Shown here piece after piece: positions 49,757-64,000 of a stretch of DNA of 64,000 nucleotides. The translations under genes and the position numbers were made by a program. Each line of letters begins with the position of its first letter. Positions within the stretch are counted from its first letter, which is position 1. The notes beneath the pieces were generated by a model, which saw nothing but the letters and a program-made list of their open reading frames with translations, was not told the origin of the DNA and made no database searches. The stretch comes from Octopus vulgaris (Eukaryota). The stretch spans positions 13,578,001-13,642,000 of the forward strand of contig OX597817.1 of assembly GCA_951406725.2 (NCBI GenBank), read 5' to 3'.

Positions 49757-50743
49757 CTGAATAAAGAAATATCAAATAGAAACATTTATTAATGATAAAT
49801 AAGAATATATTTAAAAGAAAATATTAGCAGTTCATTATCATTATCATCATCATCAACGTCCGTTTTCCATACTGGTTTGACAGGAGATGGTAAGGCCAGG
49901 GCCAATACCAGGTTCCATAGAGTGTTTTGGCTTGGTTTCCACAGCCCTTCCTAACAGCAGTCTCCCTTGACCACAAGTGGACTGAACTCATAAATCATTT
50001 TACCTTTGCCCATATAATACAGTAAATGAATTGATTGCACCGCAATCATTAACATTTATGTATTAACTTTGTTGGGTACTTCACTAGCAGTATTTTGGAT
50101 ATATATTATCCCATGGAGGGTTGCATTTACAACCCCTATCTCAATTTGTATATATATATATATACATAGCAGCTATCTGGCCTCCGTGCCGGTGGCACGT
50201 AAAAGACACCATTCGAGCATGATCGTTACCAGCATCGCCTTACTGGCACCTGTGCCAGTGGCATGTGTAAAAGATTCGAGTGAGGTCGTTGCCAGTACCG
50301 CCTGACTGGCCCTCATGCAGGTGGCACGTAAAAGCACCCACAGCACTACAGCACTCTTGGAGTGGTTGGCGTTAGGAAGGGCATCCGGCCGTAGAAGCAC
50401 TGCCAGATCAAGATTGAGGCCTGGTGCAGCCATCTGGTTCGCCAACCCTCAGTCAATCGTCCAACCCATGCTAGCATGGAAAGCGGACGTTAAACGATGA
50501 TATATATAATGATGGTTGCTCACTTACCAAAAAGTTATAAGCAAACGTGTGAGACTATAGGCAAGAAAAATAAGCTCCTTCCTCTAACCTAATAATTGTG
50601 TTCTTTGATAATAAATATATCACCTCTAAATTTTTTTCTTTGTTTTGATGGTTTACTGAAATTACTTGCTAATAAAAACAAATGGAAAAAAAAAGCAAAA
50701 ATGGAAATTTAGAAGAAAAAACAAAGAAAAGAAGACTGCTTAC

Positions 50744-50827
50744 TTTTAACCGTTGACATACTGGATCGAAGATCAGTTTGATTCCATCCTGGGATAAACT
50801 TACAACCAGATCCATCTGTAAAGGTTG
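50744..50827 (-). CDS. PHAF1: PHAF1 exon (QPLQMDLVVSLSQDGIKLIFDPVCQRLK)
   Basis: AG/GT; QDGIKLxFD..QRLK conserved. Confidence 0.95.
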
Positions 50828-51699
50828 CTGTATTAGAGACGAGAAATAAAGATGCGGATATTTAGGGGAAAAGAAAGACAAAAGAAGAATGACATGAAGA
50901 AGATCGGATAATGAACTAAAAAAAGTTATAAATAATTCTATATAATCAAATTCAAAAGATGGTATTTAGCACATCACTCGTTAACTTAATTACACAAACT
51001 GCCAGCATCAGTTGTTAGTTGTCGGAGCACTGCATCCTTCAAAACTTCCATGCTTTCCGAGATTCGCCAACACTACACCTGATTTTCTCCCCTCCATACA
51101 CACACAGGCATGTATCTGACTCATGCATTGTTCGCTTTCCAGACATTCGTACACTACTGCATGTGCTTTATATGCACTTTCTGACAAGTTGTGGTGCACC
51201 TGAGCACTGTATACAATCATTTCATTATATATTATAAAAGCTTTGAGAAATGGCTCTTTTTTTACTCTTGTGCTGGTGCCATGTAAAAAAAAATACCTAG
51301 TACACTCTGTAAAGTGGTTGGCATTAGGAAAGTCATCCACCTGTAAAAACTTTGCTAGAGTGGACACTAGAGCTTGGGGCAGTCATCTGGCTCCTGTTAA
51401 ACTTTCCAACCCTTACCAGTATAGAAAGTAGATGCTAAATGATAAATTCATTTTAGTTATACAATTTTTACTGGCCAAAAATAATTTATAACTCATTTTC
51501 AAAATCTATAAAACCCTAACAACTGATCAGTTAGATTTGAGTAGATTACATATGCTGATGAAGTAAAATAGGCCAAAGCCTGTCTCCTGTTGTCCCTTGT
51601 CTGAAAGCAAAGCTCAAATTTTCAATCCCTATGAGAGATTAATTCTTAAAATTATCTCCCTTTCTCTTTGAGAGACACTTAACAATTTCTGCAAGGGTT

Positions 51700-52083
51700 A
51701 CTCTCTTTACTCTTTTACTTGTTTCAGTCATTTGACTGCAGCCATGCTGGAGCACCGCCTTTAGTCGAGCAAATCGACCCTGGGACTTATTCTTTGTAAG
51801 CCCAGTACTTATTCTATCGGTCTCTTTTTGCCGAACCGCTAAGTGACGGGGACGTAAACACACCAGCATCGGTTGTCAAGCAATGCTAGGGGTACAAACA
51901 CAGACACACAAACACATATATACGACAGGCTTCTTTCAGTTTCCGTCTACCAAATCCACTCACAAGGCATTGGTCGGCCTGGGGCTATAGCAGAAGACAC
52001 TTGCCCAAGATGCCACGCAGTGGGACTGAACCCGGAACCATGTGGTTGGTTAGCAAGCTACTTACCACACAGCCACTCCTGCG
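51700..52083 (-). mobile_element. SINE family A
   Basis: full-length copy. Confidence 0.85.
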
Positions 52084-52443
52084 TTATGAATTTTTTACTC
52101 CAAATCAAAGGGAAATACCAATTAAACAATTTTTTGCAAGCATTTTGAACATAATCTGAAATTTGGCTATTATCATTTTCGAAACTGTCAACAAAATAAC
52201 TTCCATACTTCCATTTAACAGGGGAGTCATTGAAAACAGAAAGTTGCAAACTGGATCAACAAATGCTCAAATGAACAGCATTCTGATATAAAATTGTTTC
52301 CTTTGGCTTTGATCATCAAATCTTGACAAAACTGTAATGGTTTCATCGTGATATAAGGGGTAGTTTTTAAACCTGACAGAAACCCATTCTTCTTCAGGCA
52401 TAGCCACAACTGATTTCTTCTTTTTCTTATATATATATATATA

Positions 52444-52474
<31 letters not shown>

Positions 52475-52475
52475 C

Positions 52476-52866
52476 TTTTACTTGTTTCAGTCATTTGACT
52501 GCGGCCATGCTGGAGCACCGCCTTTAATCGAGCAACTCGACCCCGGGACTTATTCTTTTGTAAGCCCAGTACTTATTCTATCGATCTCTTTTGCCGAACC
52601 GCTAAGTAACGGGGACATAAACACACCAGCATCGGTTGTCAAGCAATGCTAGGAGGACAAACACAGACACAAACACACACACATACATATATATATATAC
52701 ATATATACGACGGGCTTCTTTCAGTTTCCGCCTACCAAATCCACTCACAAGGCTTTGGTCGGCCCGAGGCTATAGTAGAAGACACTTTCCCAGGTGCCAC
52801 GCAGTGGGACTGAACCCGGAACCATGTGGTTGGTAAACAAGCTACCTACCACACAGCCACTCCTGC

Positions 52867-52869
<3 letters not shown>
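52476..52869 (-). mobile_element. SINE family A
   Basis: full-length copy. Confidence 0.85.
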
Positions 52870-52926
<57 letters not shown>

Positions 52927-53832
52927 ATTTATTCCCCGCACAAGTTTGGTACTTTATTTATTAATCCCCAAATAGATGAAAGGCAAAGTTGGGAGCCTCT
53001 CTATGGTTGTACAATCTACTAAAAGATCTCTTTTGGCAAGATGTGAACTCAGAGTACAGAGTACCATAACACACTGTATCTGATACTTTAACAACCCAGA
53101 GTACCACCAATAAATAGGCTAAAAGTGATCAACTGTTTATTAATATTTGAACTGTTATTTCCATTAATAGTAGCTTTGTAGGTTTATATTCCCTTTTAAA
53201 TTTAGCCATAATTTTAGTTTAATTTACATTATTGGGTTCAACCGAACTAAATCCATACCCATAAGTTATTACAGCTGTTGTTTTAACCCCGGGTTAGCTC
53301 AAACCAAACAAACCTGTGATCAAAGGTATTCAAGTTGTAAACATACCAACAGTTTTTAAATTTACGACTACCCTTATCCATATGTCACTTTACTCTCTCT
53401 CTCTCTTTTTACTCTTTTACTTGTTTCAGTCATTTGACTGTGGCCATGCTGGAGCACCGCCTTTAGTCGAGCAAGTCGACCCCAGGACTTATTCTTTGTA
53501 AGCCCAGTACTTATCCTATCGGTCTCTTTTGCCGAACCGCTAAGTTACGGGGACCTAAACACACCAGCATTGGTTGTCAAGCAATGTTGGGAGGACAAAC
53601 ACAGACACACAAACATATATATATACACACACATACATACTTATATATATATATATATACAACAAGCTTCTATGGGTGTATATATATATATATATATATA
53701 TATTTTAGTTGTGAAATAAGAATATAACCTATTTTTCATTTAGCTTAGCAGATTAAGGTAAACAGAATAAAGGGCTTTGTTAAGGAGTGCAACACATCAA
53801 ATATGTGTGTGTGTGTGAGTATATGTGAATGT

Positions 53833-54213
53833 GGAGGCGCAATGGCCCAGTGGTTAGGGCAGCGGACTCGCGGTCATAGGATTGCGGTTTCGATTCCCAG
53901 ACCAGGCATTGTGAGTGTTTATTGAGCGAAAACACCTAAAGCTCCACGAGGCTCCGGCAGGGGATGGTGGTGATTCCTGCTGTACTCTTTCACCACAACT
54001 TTCTCTCACTCTTACTTCCTGTTTCTGTTGTACCTGTATTTCAAGGGGCCGGCCTTGTCACTCTCTGTGTCACGCTGAATATCCCCGAGAACTACGTTAA
54101 GGGTGCACGTGTCTGTGGAGTGCTCAGCCACTTACACGTTAATTTCACGAGCAGGCTGTTCCGTTGATTCGGATCAACCGGAACCCTCATCGTCGTAACC
54201 GACGGAGTGCTTC
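53833..54213 (+). mobile_element. tRNA-derived SINE family D (inverted copy ~30213-30596)
   Basis: GGAGGCGCAATGGCCCAGTGGTTAGGGCAGCGG...GGTTTCGATTCCC tRNA-like head. Confidence 0.8.
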
Positions 54214-54312
54214 CCCCCATATGTGAATGAAGTGAATAATTGCCCCTGCAGTAATCCTGCATTTAGAACAGTCCCATGAAATGAAGAGAATAAGCAAATT
54301 GTATTAACTTAC

Positions 54313-54395
54313 AGTATTACTGTATCGAATTTGAACAGCTTTTATCACACGGTCTTGACGTTTTAAGATATTTACAGTTTGGTAGAATGGCATAC
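54313..54395 (-). CDS. PHAF1: PHAF1/C16orf70 (UPF0183) presumed exon 2 (GMPFYQTVNILKRQDRVIKAVQIRYSNT)
   Basis: canonical splice sites on - strand; resembles human [28 protein letters not shown]; exon 1 (MLDLEVVPER...) not found in window. Confidence 0.92.
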
Positions 54396-54841
54396 CTGAG
54401 AAAATAAAGAGATTAATTGGAAATTAGACAAAATTTTACTGCTACAGCAATGAAGGTTGAATTTCTTTGATTTAGACAGTTTATACATTTGGAAGGAAAG
54501 TGAAATTGGATTTGCAATAAATGAGATGGATTATACAAATTACTACTGAATTATGTAGGAAAAGTTTACTTATGACTGCGTGTGAGTGGTCTAGGCACGT
54601 GTGTATTCATATATGTACAAAAGTATACACATACACACACACACACGTGTGGGTGGATGTGTATAGAGATAAGGCAAGGAGCTAGCCACTTTTTACCCTG
54701 CAGACTTAGTCCTCGGTAAAGATTTTGGAGTGTAAGTTCAAATCATTTGACTGCTGCTAAATGTTTTCTATATTGAGCATCTCCGGATCTCATCTGTTGT
54801 CTCTTTATGTACATACATATATCCACACACATATATATATA

Positions 54842-55332
54842 CTAGCAATGCACCCCAGCATTGCCTGGGTGTTATGACCTACAGATATATTGTGTTATTT
54901 GTTCCTTTCTATTGTACAGAATCAGCACATGAGGAGTATGAAGCAAACAACTCTCCTTTACGAACATGTTTTTCAGTCATTTTCTTGTGAACAACACAGC
55001 AGCTTCCATCTACCAAATTCAGTCACAAGTCTGTAGTTGGCCTAGGGCTATAGTAGAAAACACTTGCCCAATGTACCATACAGACGGACTGAACATAGTT
55101 TGGAAGCAAACTTCTGAACCTAACATGTGTGTGTGTGTTTACATTTTTTGTTAAATCAAGTTTGGTGTCAGGCAGAGTTGCCTCCCTTAGCTAAAAAACC
55201 TCAAAATTGTGCAACCTGACCTCGTTTTTGAGGTTATTTTTGTAGTAAATTCGAAAATTGGCAATGCAGCTTTCGAATCCATAAGGAACATATGCACACA
55301 TACACACACAAAGTCTATTTTATATATTAAGA
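54842..55332 (-). mobile_element. Diverged non-autonomous Helitron
   Basis: CTAG end with hairpin at 54842-54872; TCTTAATATATAAAA 5' end. Confidence 0.6.
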
Positions 55333-56184
55333 CATATATATATATATATATGCAAGGTGGTGACTTTAAGTCAACACCTCGTATAAAGGTGTACCAAGAG
55401 ATTCAAACAAATTGTAAATGAAGCTAGGATGAATATCACCAATAACAGCTTATTTAATTTAATTTAACAAACTGAGAGAAGCCTAGTTAATGAGACAGCC
55501 ACAATGCGTTCACTTAGCCTACAAGAAACAGTAGTCAAATAACCTCCAATTTCACCCCCTATTGTCTTCGACATAGTACTTTGTAAACATAAACTAACCA
55601 ACCAGTTAGGGATATTCTCTGAGTCATGGTATTGTGGTAACACAAATTAATGCCAGGTGGCAAGTCAACTATAAAGAATCATCAACTTATCAACAAGGTA
55701 TCACTTTCATGATTTTGTAACAAGAATCATACAATATCATGTAAGAGAAGATTGCCTCCAATGATAAGGATTAAATGGTACACATGGCCTCAAATTTTGG
55801 GATAGAGAACAGTTAATTAACTGTGAAAGTGCAAAGATGAAAGACAAAGTTGTCTCCACAGAGATTTGGAGTCAAAGTAAATAAATACCATAAGTTATTT
55901 TGTCCATTCCTCAACCAAAACTGCCAATCTACAACACTCATAGAATCTTGATAGAACATGCAAGTTAAAGCTTCTGATTAAAGAGTAATGAACTTCTGTC
56001 TCTGTCACTGCTATCATAACAGTCTTTTATCTCGAAAGTTGATGGGTATATACCAACCCTGTCTGAATCCATCAACTGCATGTATGCTACCTCCAAAGTT
56101 TTGGCACAAGGGCCCTTAGCCTACAATGTCCTTTCTAGAAACACATTTTCTCTCTCTCAATAACATAACAAACAGAATTCAAAC

Positions 56185-56248
56185 TGAACAATATATATAT
56201 ATTGTATTGCAGATAAGATACACTTTAGAACAATATATACTGTGGATA

Positions 56249-56295
<47 letters not shown>

Positions 56296-56328
56296 ATTAC
56301 AGATAAGACACACTTTAGAACAATATAT
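56185..56328. repeat. Short tandem duplication with (TA)n spacer
   Basis: ATTGTATTRCAGATAAGAYACACTTTAGAACAATATATA occurs twice. Confidence 0.7.
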
Positions 56329-57640
56329 CAAAATGCATACTGATATGGATTCCAGTTCTTCAGTAGATGTAGATATTAAATCAAGTCAGTAAAAATAACA
56401 TAAATAGCTAAATTAGTCAAAACAAGAATTTATTAGAGTGCTGGAAGGTGAAGGTACTGGACTATTGATTACATAATCAATACAACGCAACCCAATCTCA
56501 ATCGGTTTCATCCAAGGTGTGAGGATATGAAGATATTGGTTCAAGAGGTTTCAACCAATATCTTAAAAGATTCCTAGAAATATTTCTTCAGGCCACCACA
56601 AAAATGGTTTCCAAGAAGCATTATATCATACAAGCTTTTTTGTAACTAATGGTCTAATATACAAGTCACAAGATCTGCACAATACCCAGGGTTGCTAAAG
56701 TAATGCTATTTTCAGCAGGTACTAGAACCATGTAACACAAAAGAGATAGGTATAAGCCTATCACTTCTGTTCTTCCAACACTTACCTGTTTTTGAAACAC
56801 ATACAAAGTATAGTTTATCATGCAAAGAAGCTGATTGGCTTCAAGGCTATCTACTTTAAATCTATTTGACAATGTGAAAATAAGATCCTTGATAATGAGG
56901 GTCTTTTAAGGACAATCTTACCAAACAACACTTACAAACGTGATTTGATATAAAAACTGATACTAGTTATCTAAAACAAAACAATTCCAATCTAGTCCTA
57001 GGTTCATTACCAAACTATTAACAAAATTAAGTGATAAGCAGTAAAATATTATGAACCCATCAGGTTTAGTTTCAACAGTCAAAACTTAACTGCTGATATA
57101 CAATGTTAATAGAGATATTTTCCTGAAACTAATTAGGACTCTTTGATATCAATAATGTAATGTTTGTTATACTTCAATGTTGATCTTTGGTTAGATATAG
57201 TTTTGCTCCTTATCTGTGTTCTATTTCCTACAGAAGATTGGTTTGTAGCCAAAACAACTGAAGAAAGCCAACAAGGATATAGCCATGGTGGCTGAAACAA
57301 GCTTAGAGTGGTTGTGGTTGCTAAGAGACTAGATGGAGACCTTCTTCAGGCAAAGGCTAATTCAATCCTTGCAGCCCCTCTCATGCAAAAGATACAGGGT
57401 AGCGGGTGAAACGGCTGTGATCCAGAGATACTGCTGATGATACAGAAGGGTTTCTGACATTGTGATGATCATAGTCACCACCAGAAGAAATTGCAATATT
57501 TTAAAGCAATTCCTGCATTTTCTGCATGAAGCAAAGCATCTCTGATGTTTATTTCACCAATAAACATAAGATTATTGTATAAATGAGGGTTTTTTTCTTT
57601 CATTTATAAGTACAAAATTTCTATGAAGTGTAATGTTACT

Positions 57641-58034
57641 ACTCTTTACTCTTTTACTTGTTTCAGTCATTTGACTGCGGCCATGCTGGAGCACCGCCTT
57701 TAGTCGAGCAAATCGACCCCGGGACTCATTCTTTGTAAGCCCAGTACTTATTCTATCGGTATCTTTTGCCGAACCGCTAACTGACGGTGACGTAAACACA
57801 CCAGCATCGGTTGTCAAGCAATGCTAGGGAGACAAACACACACACACATATATATATATATACATATATACGACAGGCTTCTTTCAATTTCCATCTACCA
57901 AATCCACTCACAAGGCATTGGTTGGCCCGGGGCTATAGCAGAAGACACTTGCCCAAGATGCCACGCAGTGGGACTGAACCCGGAACCATGTGGTTGGTTA
58001 GCAAGCTACTTACCACACAGCCACTCCTGCGCCT
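57641..58034 (-). mobile_element. SINE family A
   Basis: full-length copy. Confidence 0.85.
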
Positions 58035-61000
58035 AAACATTGTTTTAAAGTTATATCATCATCATTTTCATTATGCTTTCTCAGTTACCCTTTTCACACC
58101 AACAAGATTACAACAAACTTTTGTTTAAACCCACATTTATGTTTACAAGTGGATGTCAGTCTCAAGTAATTTGGCGGGTACTTACTCTTCAGGAATGGTG
58201 ACTAGGATAATCACAATGACTAATTTTTAAATAGCTTTACTACCACTGCCTTTTTGGTGAAACACATACCACTATCAGAGTTTCAGTAGCTGATCTACAT
58301 TTCAAACTTGAATCATTAATGAAATAATCTATTACTGATCAGTATTTCTTCTGAATAAGCATTATTTATCTGAAAAGACCTTTAGCAAACAACAGTAAAA
58401 AGGATTTATCATAGTGATTTGATATAAAGACAGTAACTCGTTATCTAAAACAGTCAATGCATGTAAAATGTCAAATTTCTGTATTTTCTGTTTGACTGTT
58501 CATAATCAGAAGTGCCAATAGGTAATTAGCCTAATTAACTTCACAAAAGGCATTAAGCAATGTAAGTAAATAAAGTGTAATGGGAATAGGAATGGATTAC
58601 AGACTTAGCTTGCCTTACAGTATCACCGACTGCCTGAAGAATAAATATAATTAATTTAGAGTACCTTATCTGAAAACTATATCAACTTCATTACTTTAGA
58701 TCACATAGGACTGACTGCAAATGGAAATTGTAGATGTTGATATTATGACATTGATCCTCAGCAAACCCTCTTCCCTTACAAAAACTTGTTACAAAGCCTT
58801 TACGTTTTTCTTTTTATTCGTTATCTAAAAACAAATCTTGAATTCCTATCAAACTATTCGGTAATGCTGAGATATTGAGGAGTTATCCTAGGTAGCTACA
58901 TGTGAAAAGGCTACATGTGAAAGAAAACTAAAAGTATTTTAATTAGATACGAAATGGTTTTTTTTTTTTTTTTTCGCAAAGAGATTTGAAAATTAATTAG
59001 AAAATGCTTTCTTAGAAAAGCAATCTAAAAATTAATTAGAAAATCCACTCTATATTGGTGGAAAAGAAAATTACTTTTTTCCTACTGCTACTCATTTAAT
59101 GAAACCATGCACTGTGCAGTATTATGTTTCCTACCAACCACCCTGAAGACTATCTCACTTGAAAACAAGGAGAATGTTTCTAACAGTGAAACAGGCAGGT
59201 CTCCGAACTTCTTCAAGCTAAACAAATTCTGCAATGAAATAACGACTTGTCCTACTTTTAACGTTGGGAAAGTCTCCTCACAAACAACTTGCTTTTCATT
59301 GTTGTTGTTTGTGATTTAAACATATTGTTCAAAGACTGCTTTGCTCCACTTGTTTATTTTTAACATTTGAAAAAAAAAAAAAGAAAAGAAAAAAAAGGCA
59401 ATATTTCTTATTGTCATATTCCATGGCAAAAACCTGAACTATAGCCATGTGGTTGCTGGTGTTGTTGTTGACATATTGTCCATAAAAGAAGTGAATTATA
59501 GTCATGTTGTTGTCACAGTGCCTATGAAAGAAGTGAACTCTAGCCATATGGTTGTTGTTGTTGTTGTTGCTATTTAGTCCAAGGTCAGTTGTGACTCAAC
59601 AACACCTTTTATGAAAGTTGCTCAAGTCACACCTTTCCAACATTTTATTTATCAGGTATTGCATTACTCAATGTATCTTACTTTATCTAAGGCAATAGGA
59701 TATGGTTTGAAGGAGATTTGGGTGCTATTTCTAGCAGGTCAAGCAACCAGAGAGAGGCTCTCAATCGTCTTTGATGATGCTGGCTATTTTGAACAAGCAT
59801 CTGTAGTTGCTTCCTTGCACGTCTCCTCTTCATCTTATTCTTCCAAACATGTTTTTGAAAATCTAGAACATGTTCTATCTTTGACCTGATCAATTAATGG
59901 TACAGCACAGATATACAGTGAAACACCTGTAATAGATTTAACCCAAAACCCAATGAGATGGTAGTTCAATGCATTCTTCAGTTAGTAATTTTGTATTGAT
60001 ATATAACACGAAAGACTGACGGCATCTAAAATGACAAAGTGGTTGGACATTTATAGGAAATATTAACAGTAGAGAAGAAACTTAGGTATAGGTATGGATG
60101 CTTGGTTAAGAAGCTTGCTTTGCAACCATGTAGTTTCAGGTTCAGTCCTGCTATGTGGCACCTTGAGCAAGTGCCTTCTACTATAACCCTGATTGACCAA
60201 TGCCTTGTGTGTGAATTTGGTAGTAAACAGAAATTATGTGGAAAACTGCGTGAGCATGTGTGTGTGTTTGTGTCCCCCACCCACACTGTTTGACAGCCGG
60301 TGTTGGTTCATTCACATCCTCAAGACTTAATGGTTTGGCAAAAGAGACTGCCAGAATAAGTACCAAACATAAGAATAAAAATACTGGTGTTGATTTGTTC
60401 CATTAAACTCTCAAGACAGTGCACCAGCATGGCCACAGTCTAATGACTGAAACAAATAGAAAGAGAAAATAAGGATAGATGTTTGCAGGAAATATATTCC
60501 TTTAGTGGTAAGGACATGGAACAGAATGATTCTGTTCCATTATTTTTACATCTATTTTTTTTTTACCATTCTAGCATGGTTTAGACAAAAATGTTATTGA
60601 AGCATTGTTTTACAGCTGGATGCCCTTCCTGCTGCTAACCCTTACTTGTTATCTTTTAAGTAAAGAGTCTCTTATTCCACACATCTTCAAAGGCGAAGAA
60701 CCAGTAAAGGATTTGTTGACAGGAGAAATGACAAAAATGTTAACACTTAGAGCTTGGTAATTCTTGAAGAAGCTTGAATGTAAACAAACATCCCACCTCA
60801 CACACATACTCATACAATGGGCTTTGTGCAGTTTCCATCTACCAAATTCAGTTAGAAAGCATTGGACAACCTGAGGCATTAGTAAAAGTTAACTTGCTCA
60901 AGGTTCTGAGCAGAGAGACTGAACTCAAAACTTAGTAGCTATGAAGCAAATGTCTTAAACACAAAGCCACGCCTATGATCTATGATGAAACTGTGTTGTT

Positions 61001-62481
61001 CTGACAGTTGAGACTAGCTCTGAGTGAAATAGATTAATTAAAGCTAGGGAGAAAAATAGTTTAATTAAAACTTAATATTTCAGACCTCACATTTCAGATG
61101 ATGTGGCACTGAAAGTATTGGAGACACTGCTGTGTTAATTCGAAAGCAAATAGATTCTAAAATAGTCTCACTGATGCTGTAAACATTAATACACACAAAC
61201 GTCAACAAATTTCACTGACAAAATCTTGTCACACATCTCTTTTGTCATTCGACCACCTAGAAATAGCAGCTAAATCTCCTTGAAATTACAACATACTGTC
61301 TATAAACAAAGGGGGGGGGGGGGCAATACAATGGTTAATGTGGTCCTAGGTACATTTTATGCCTAGAAATATTACAAAAAGTTAGGCTGGGTCGTAGAGA
61401 TCTACTCAATCAGGACTGATCTGGGGGCTAAGCAATGACAATAATACAGGAAATTTGGAGTGCTGGATGGAACATCATCATCACCATCATCATCGTTTAA
61501 CGTCCGTTTTCCATGCTAGCATGGGTTGGACGGTTCGACCGGGTATCTGGGAAGCCAGAAGGCTGCACCAGGCTCCAGTCTGATCTGGCAATATTTCTAC
61601 AGCTAGATGCCCTTCCTAATGCCAACCACTCCGTGAGTGTAGTGGGTGCTTTTTACGTGCCACCGGGAGTCTGGCATCGGCCACGATCGGTTGGTGCTTT
61701 TAACGTGCCACCGGCACGGAAGCCAGTCAAGGCGGCGCTGGCATCGGCCACGTTCGGATGGTGCTTTTTATGTGTCACCGGCACAAGAGACACATTACGA
61801 GATAATTTAAATATTCACTTGTGTGTTATGTACTGCAGATTAAATCTGCAAAAGTTATTTATTGTATTTAATCCATAAAGTATTTATTAAAAAAAAAAAA
61901 TTTTTTTTTTCCGAACACTTCCACAATTTATGAAATTTGAGAATTGTTCCCATTAAGCTGATATTCATGGTACGCGCCTATCATTTAAATATATCCATCT
62001 ATATAAATATATACGTGTGAAATTATACAAAGAGTATTTTTGATTTGAAGCCGAAAGCAGAAAAAAAAAAAATAAAGGAAAACGTAATAGAGGCAGGAAG
62101 ACAATGAACAAGGGAAATAATGCATGAATAAATATTACTACACAGTTCTTTCCCTTTACTTAAATTTTTTTTTCTATTGCAGTGTGATGTATTCCTAAAA
62201 TACTCGTTGACGAGATTGATTAGTTTTTAGACGTAATAAGTGACATTTAGAGAAAAAGTTCATAATCCACATCTAAATGTCATAATATAAAGTACATTCG
62301 ACACATACATTGAAACTGTATTAACGATTCTGTCAACAGATTGCAAAAAAAAAAAATAAAAAAATAAAAAGGACTTATTAATAATTTGCTAATGAATTTA
62401 CTGAGTAGTTAAGTAGTTGAAAATCATCAAGTACTATTTCCTTATAAAAAAAAAAAAAAAAAAAAAAAGAACTGCACTAAT

Positions 62482-62896
62482 AGGCGCAGGAGTGGCTGTG
62501 TGGTAAGTAGCTTGCTAACCAACCACATGGTTCCAGGTTCAGTCCCACTGCGTGGCATCTTGGGCAAGTGTCTTCTGCTATAGCCCCGGGCCGACCAATG
62601 CCTTGTGAGTGGATTTGGTAGACGGAAACTGAAAGAAGCCTGTCGTATATATGTATATATATACATGTGTGTGTGTGTTTGTGTGTCTGTGTTTGTCCCC
62701 CTAGCATTGCTTGACAACCGATGCTGGTGTGTTTACGTCCCCGTCACTTAGCGGTTCGGCAAAAGAGTCCGATAGAATAAGTACTGGGCTTACAAAAGAA
62801 TAAGTCCCGGGGTCGAGTTGCTTGATTAAAGGCGGTGCTCCAGCATGGCCGCAGTCAAATGACTGAAACAAGTAAAAGAGTAAAAGAGTAAGAGTA
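62482..62896 (+). mobile_element. SINE family A
   Basis: full-length copy. Confidence 0.85.
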
Positions 62897-64000
62897 ATAT
62901 TTAGTTCTGAGATAGAATAAGTTAAACCTAAGACATTCTAGTAATATTCTGGAACTCATTCAATTATCCATACTTTCTTCTATATAATTATTGATTTTAA
63001 ACATGCCTGTGTGTGGGGAGGGGGGCACAAGAACCATTATTATTATTATTATTATTATTGTTGTTGTTGCTGTTGTTGTCATTATTCAAAGATTAAAGCA
63101 GTGAGCTGGCATAATCGTTAGCACTGCAGGCCAAATGCTTAGTAGTATTTTGTTGGCCGCTACACTGTGAGTTCAAATTCAGCCGAGGCCAGCTTTACCT
63201 TTCATCCTTTCGAGGTCAATAAATTAAAGCATCCGTGAAACACTGGGGTCGAGGTAATCAACTAGTCCCCTTCCGCAAAATTTCAGGCTTTGTGCCTCTA
63301 GTAGAAAGTATTATCGTCATTATTATTATTATTATTTGCTAAAGGGTTAAAAAGAATCACTTTGTCTACCTATGCATTTCTCCAAGCATGTACACAGGAC
63401 AGAGAAACAGTAGAATGCTTGACTAAAATACCTTGTGGTAGGTACTTATTTAGATTTGTTCTGAGCTTAAATCCTGCACAGCTTGACTTTGCCCTTCATC
63501 TTTCTGGGGCCAATGGAATCAATTAAATCAACTACACTGTTCTCTCTCAAATAAACACAACTTCAAACTGGACTTCGATAGCATTATCTCCAAAGGCATA
63601 CACTTTCTAGGGGTAACGGAGAAAATAAAATGGGTCCCTAAAATAACCTGTACTAGGAAACTGTAGAAAACAGATTTTTTTACAGGGTATCAATAGTTGT
63701 AAGGAAGATTCTATTCACAGGAGAAAAATGACCCTGAATAATGTCAAGTACATCATTTCAAGACCTAACTTCTTTCCAAGCACATACAATATTCACATTA
63801 AGGGGGTACTACTTATCCATATGTTGCAGACACATAGCCACATCCTACGACGATTATAATAATTCAATATGGTATGCATAAAAGAAAAAAAATGCACAGG
63901 CTTTAAAACAATACCATAATATATATACATACATACATATATATCTGGTTAAACTGTCCAACCCATGCCAGCATGGACAACGAATGTTAAATGATGATGA

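Noticed and set aside
53833-53905. tRNA gene
   Set aside because: tRNA-like head continues into a SINE body, with a second copy at ~30213-30596; no complete cloverleaf
56786-56872. Strong CAG|GTAAGT donor as PHAF1 exon 1
   Set aside because: Translation does not resemble the conserved MLDLEVVPERSLG N-terminus and the phase is incompatible; exon 1 is probably beyond the window

Overview
AT-rich, intron- and repeat-rich animal genomic DNA. The SINE content points to an octopus/coleoid cephalopod (inference). Two convergent spliced genes are present. KATNB1 (katanin p80; + strand) has 12 coding exons at 3656-16577 and its 5' exons lie upstream of the window. PHAF1/C16orf70 (UPF0183, MYTHO; - strand) has 12 coding exons at 54395-19678 and its first exon was not found in the window. 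Most ORF-track entries are spurious translations of SINEs. The introns hold tRNA-derived SINEs, LINE 3' ends, piggyBac/hAT/Tc1-type MITEs and non-autonomous Helitrons. The main finding is a 3.6-kb array of ten ~355-bp units (42763-46381) inside a PHAF1 intron. Each unit carries a type I hammerhead ribozyme on the transcribed strand, with the uncommon compensatory U3-A8 core and a palindromic minimal stem III, and the array is flanked by a 12-bp target-site duplication. This is a non-LTR retrozyme, a putative self-cleaving, circular-RNA-producing retroelement. A diverged, structurally covarying relative lies at 13755-14018, and a fragment of the unit has been captured in a Helitron family. The array also sits in one of two different hAT MITEs that occupy the same site of a short duplication.
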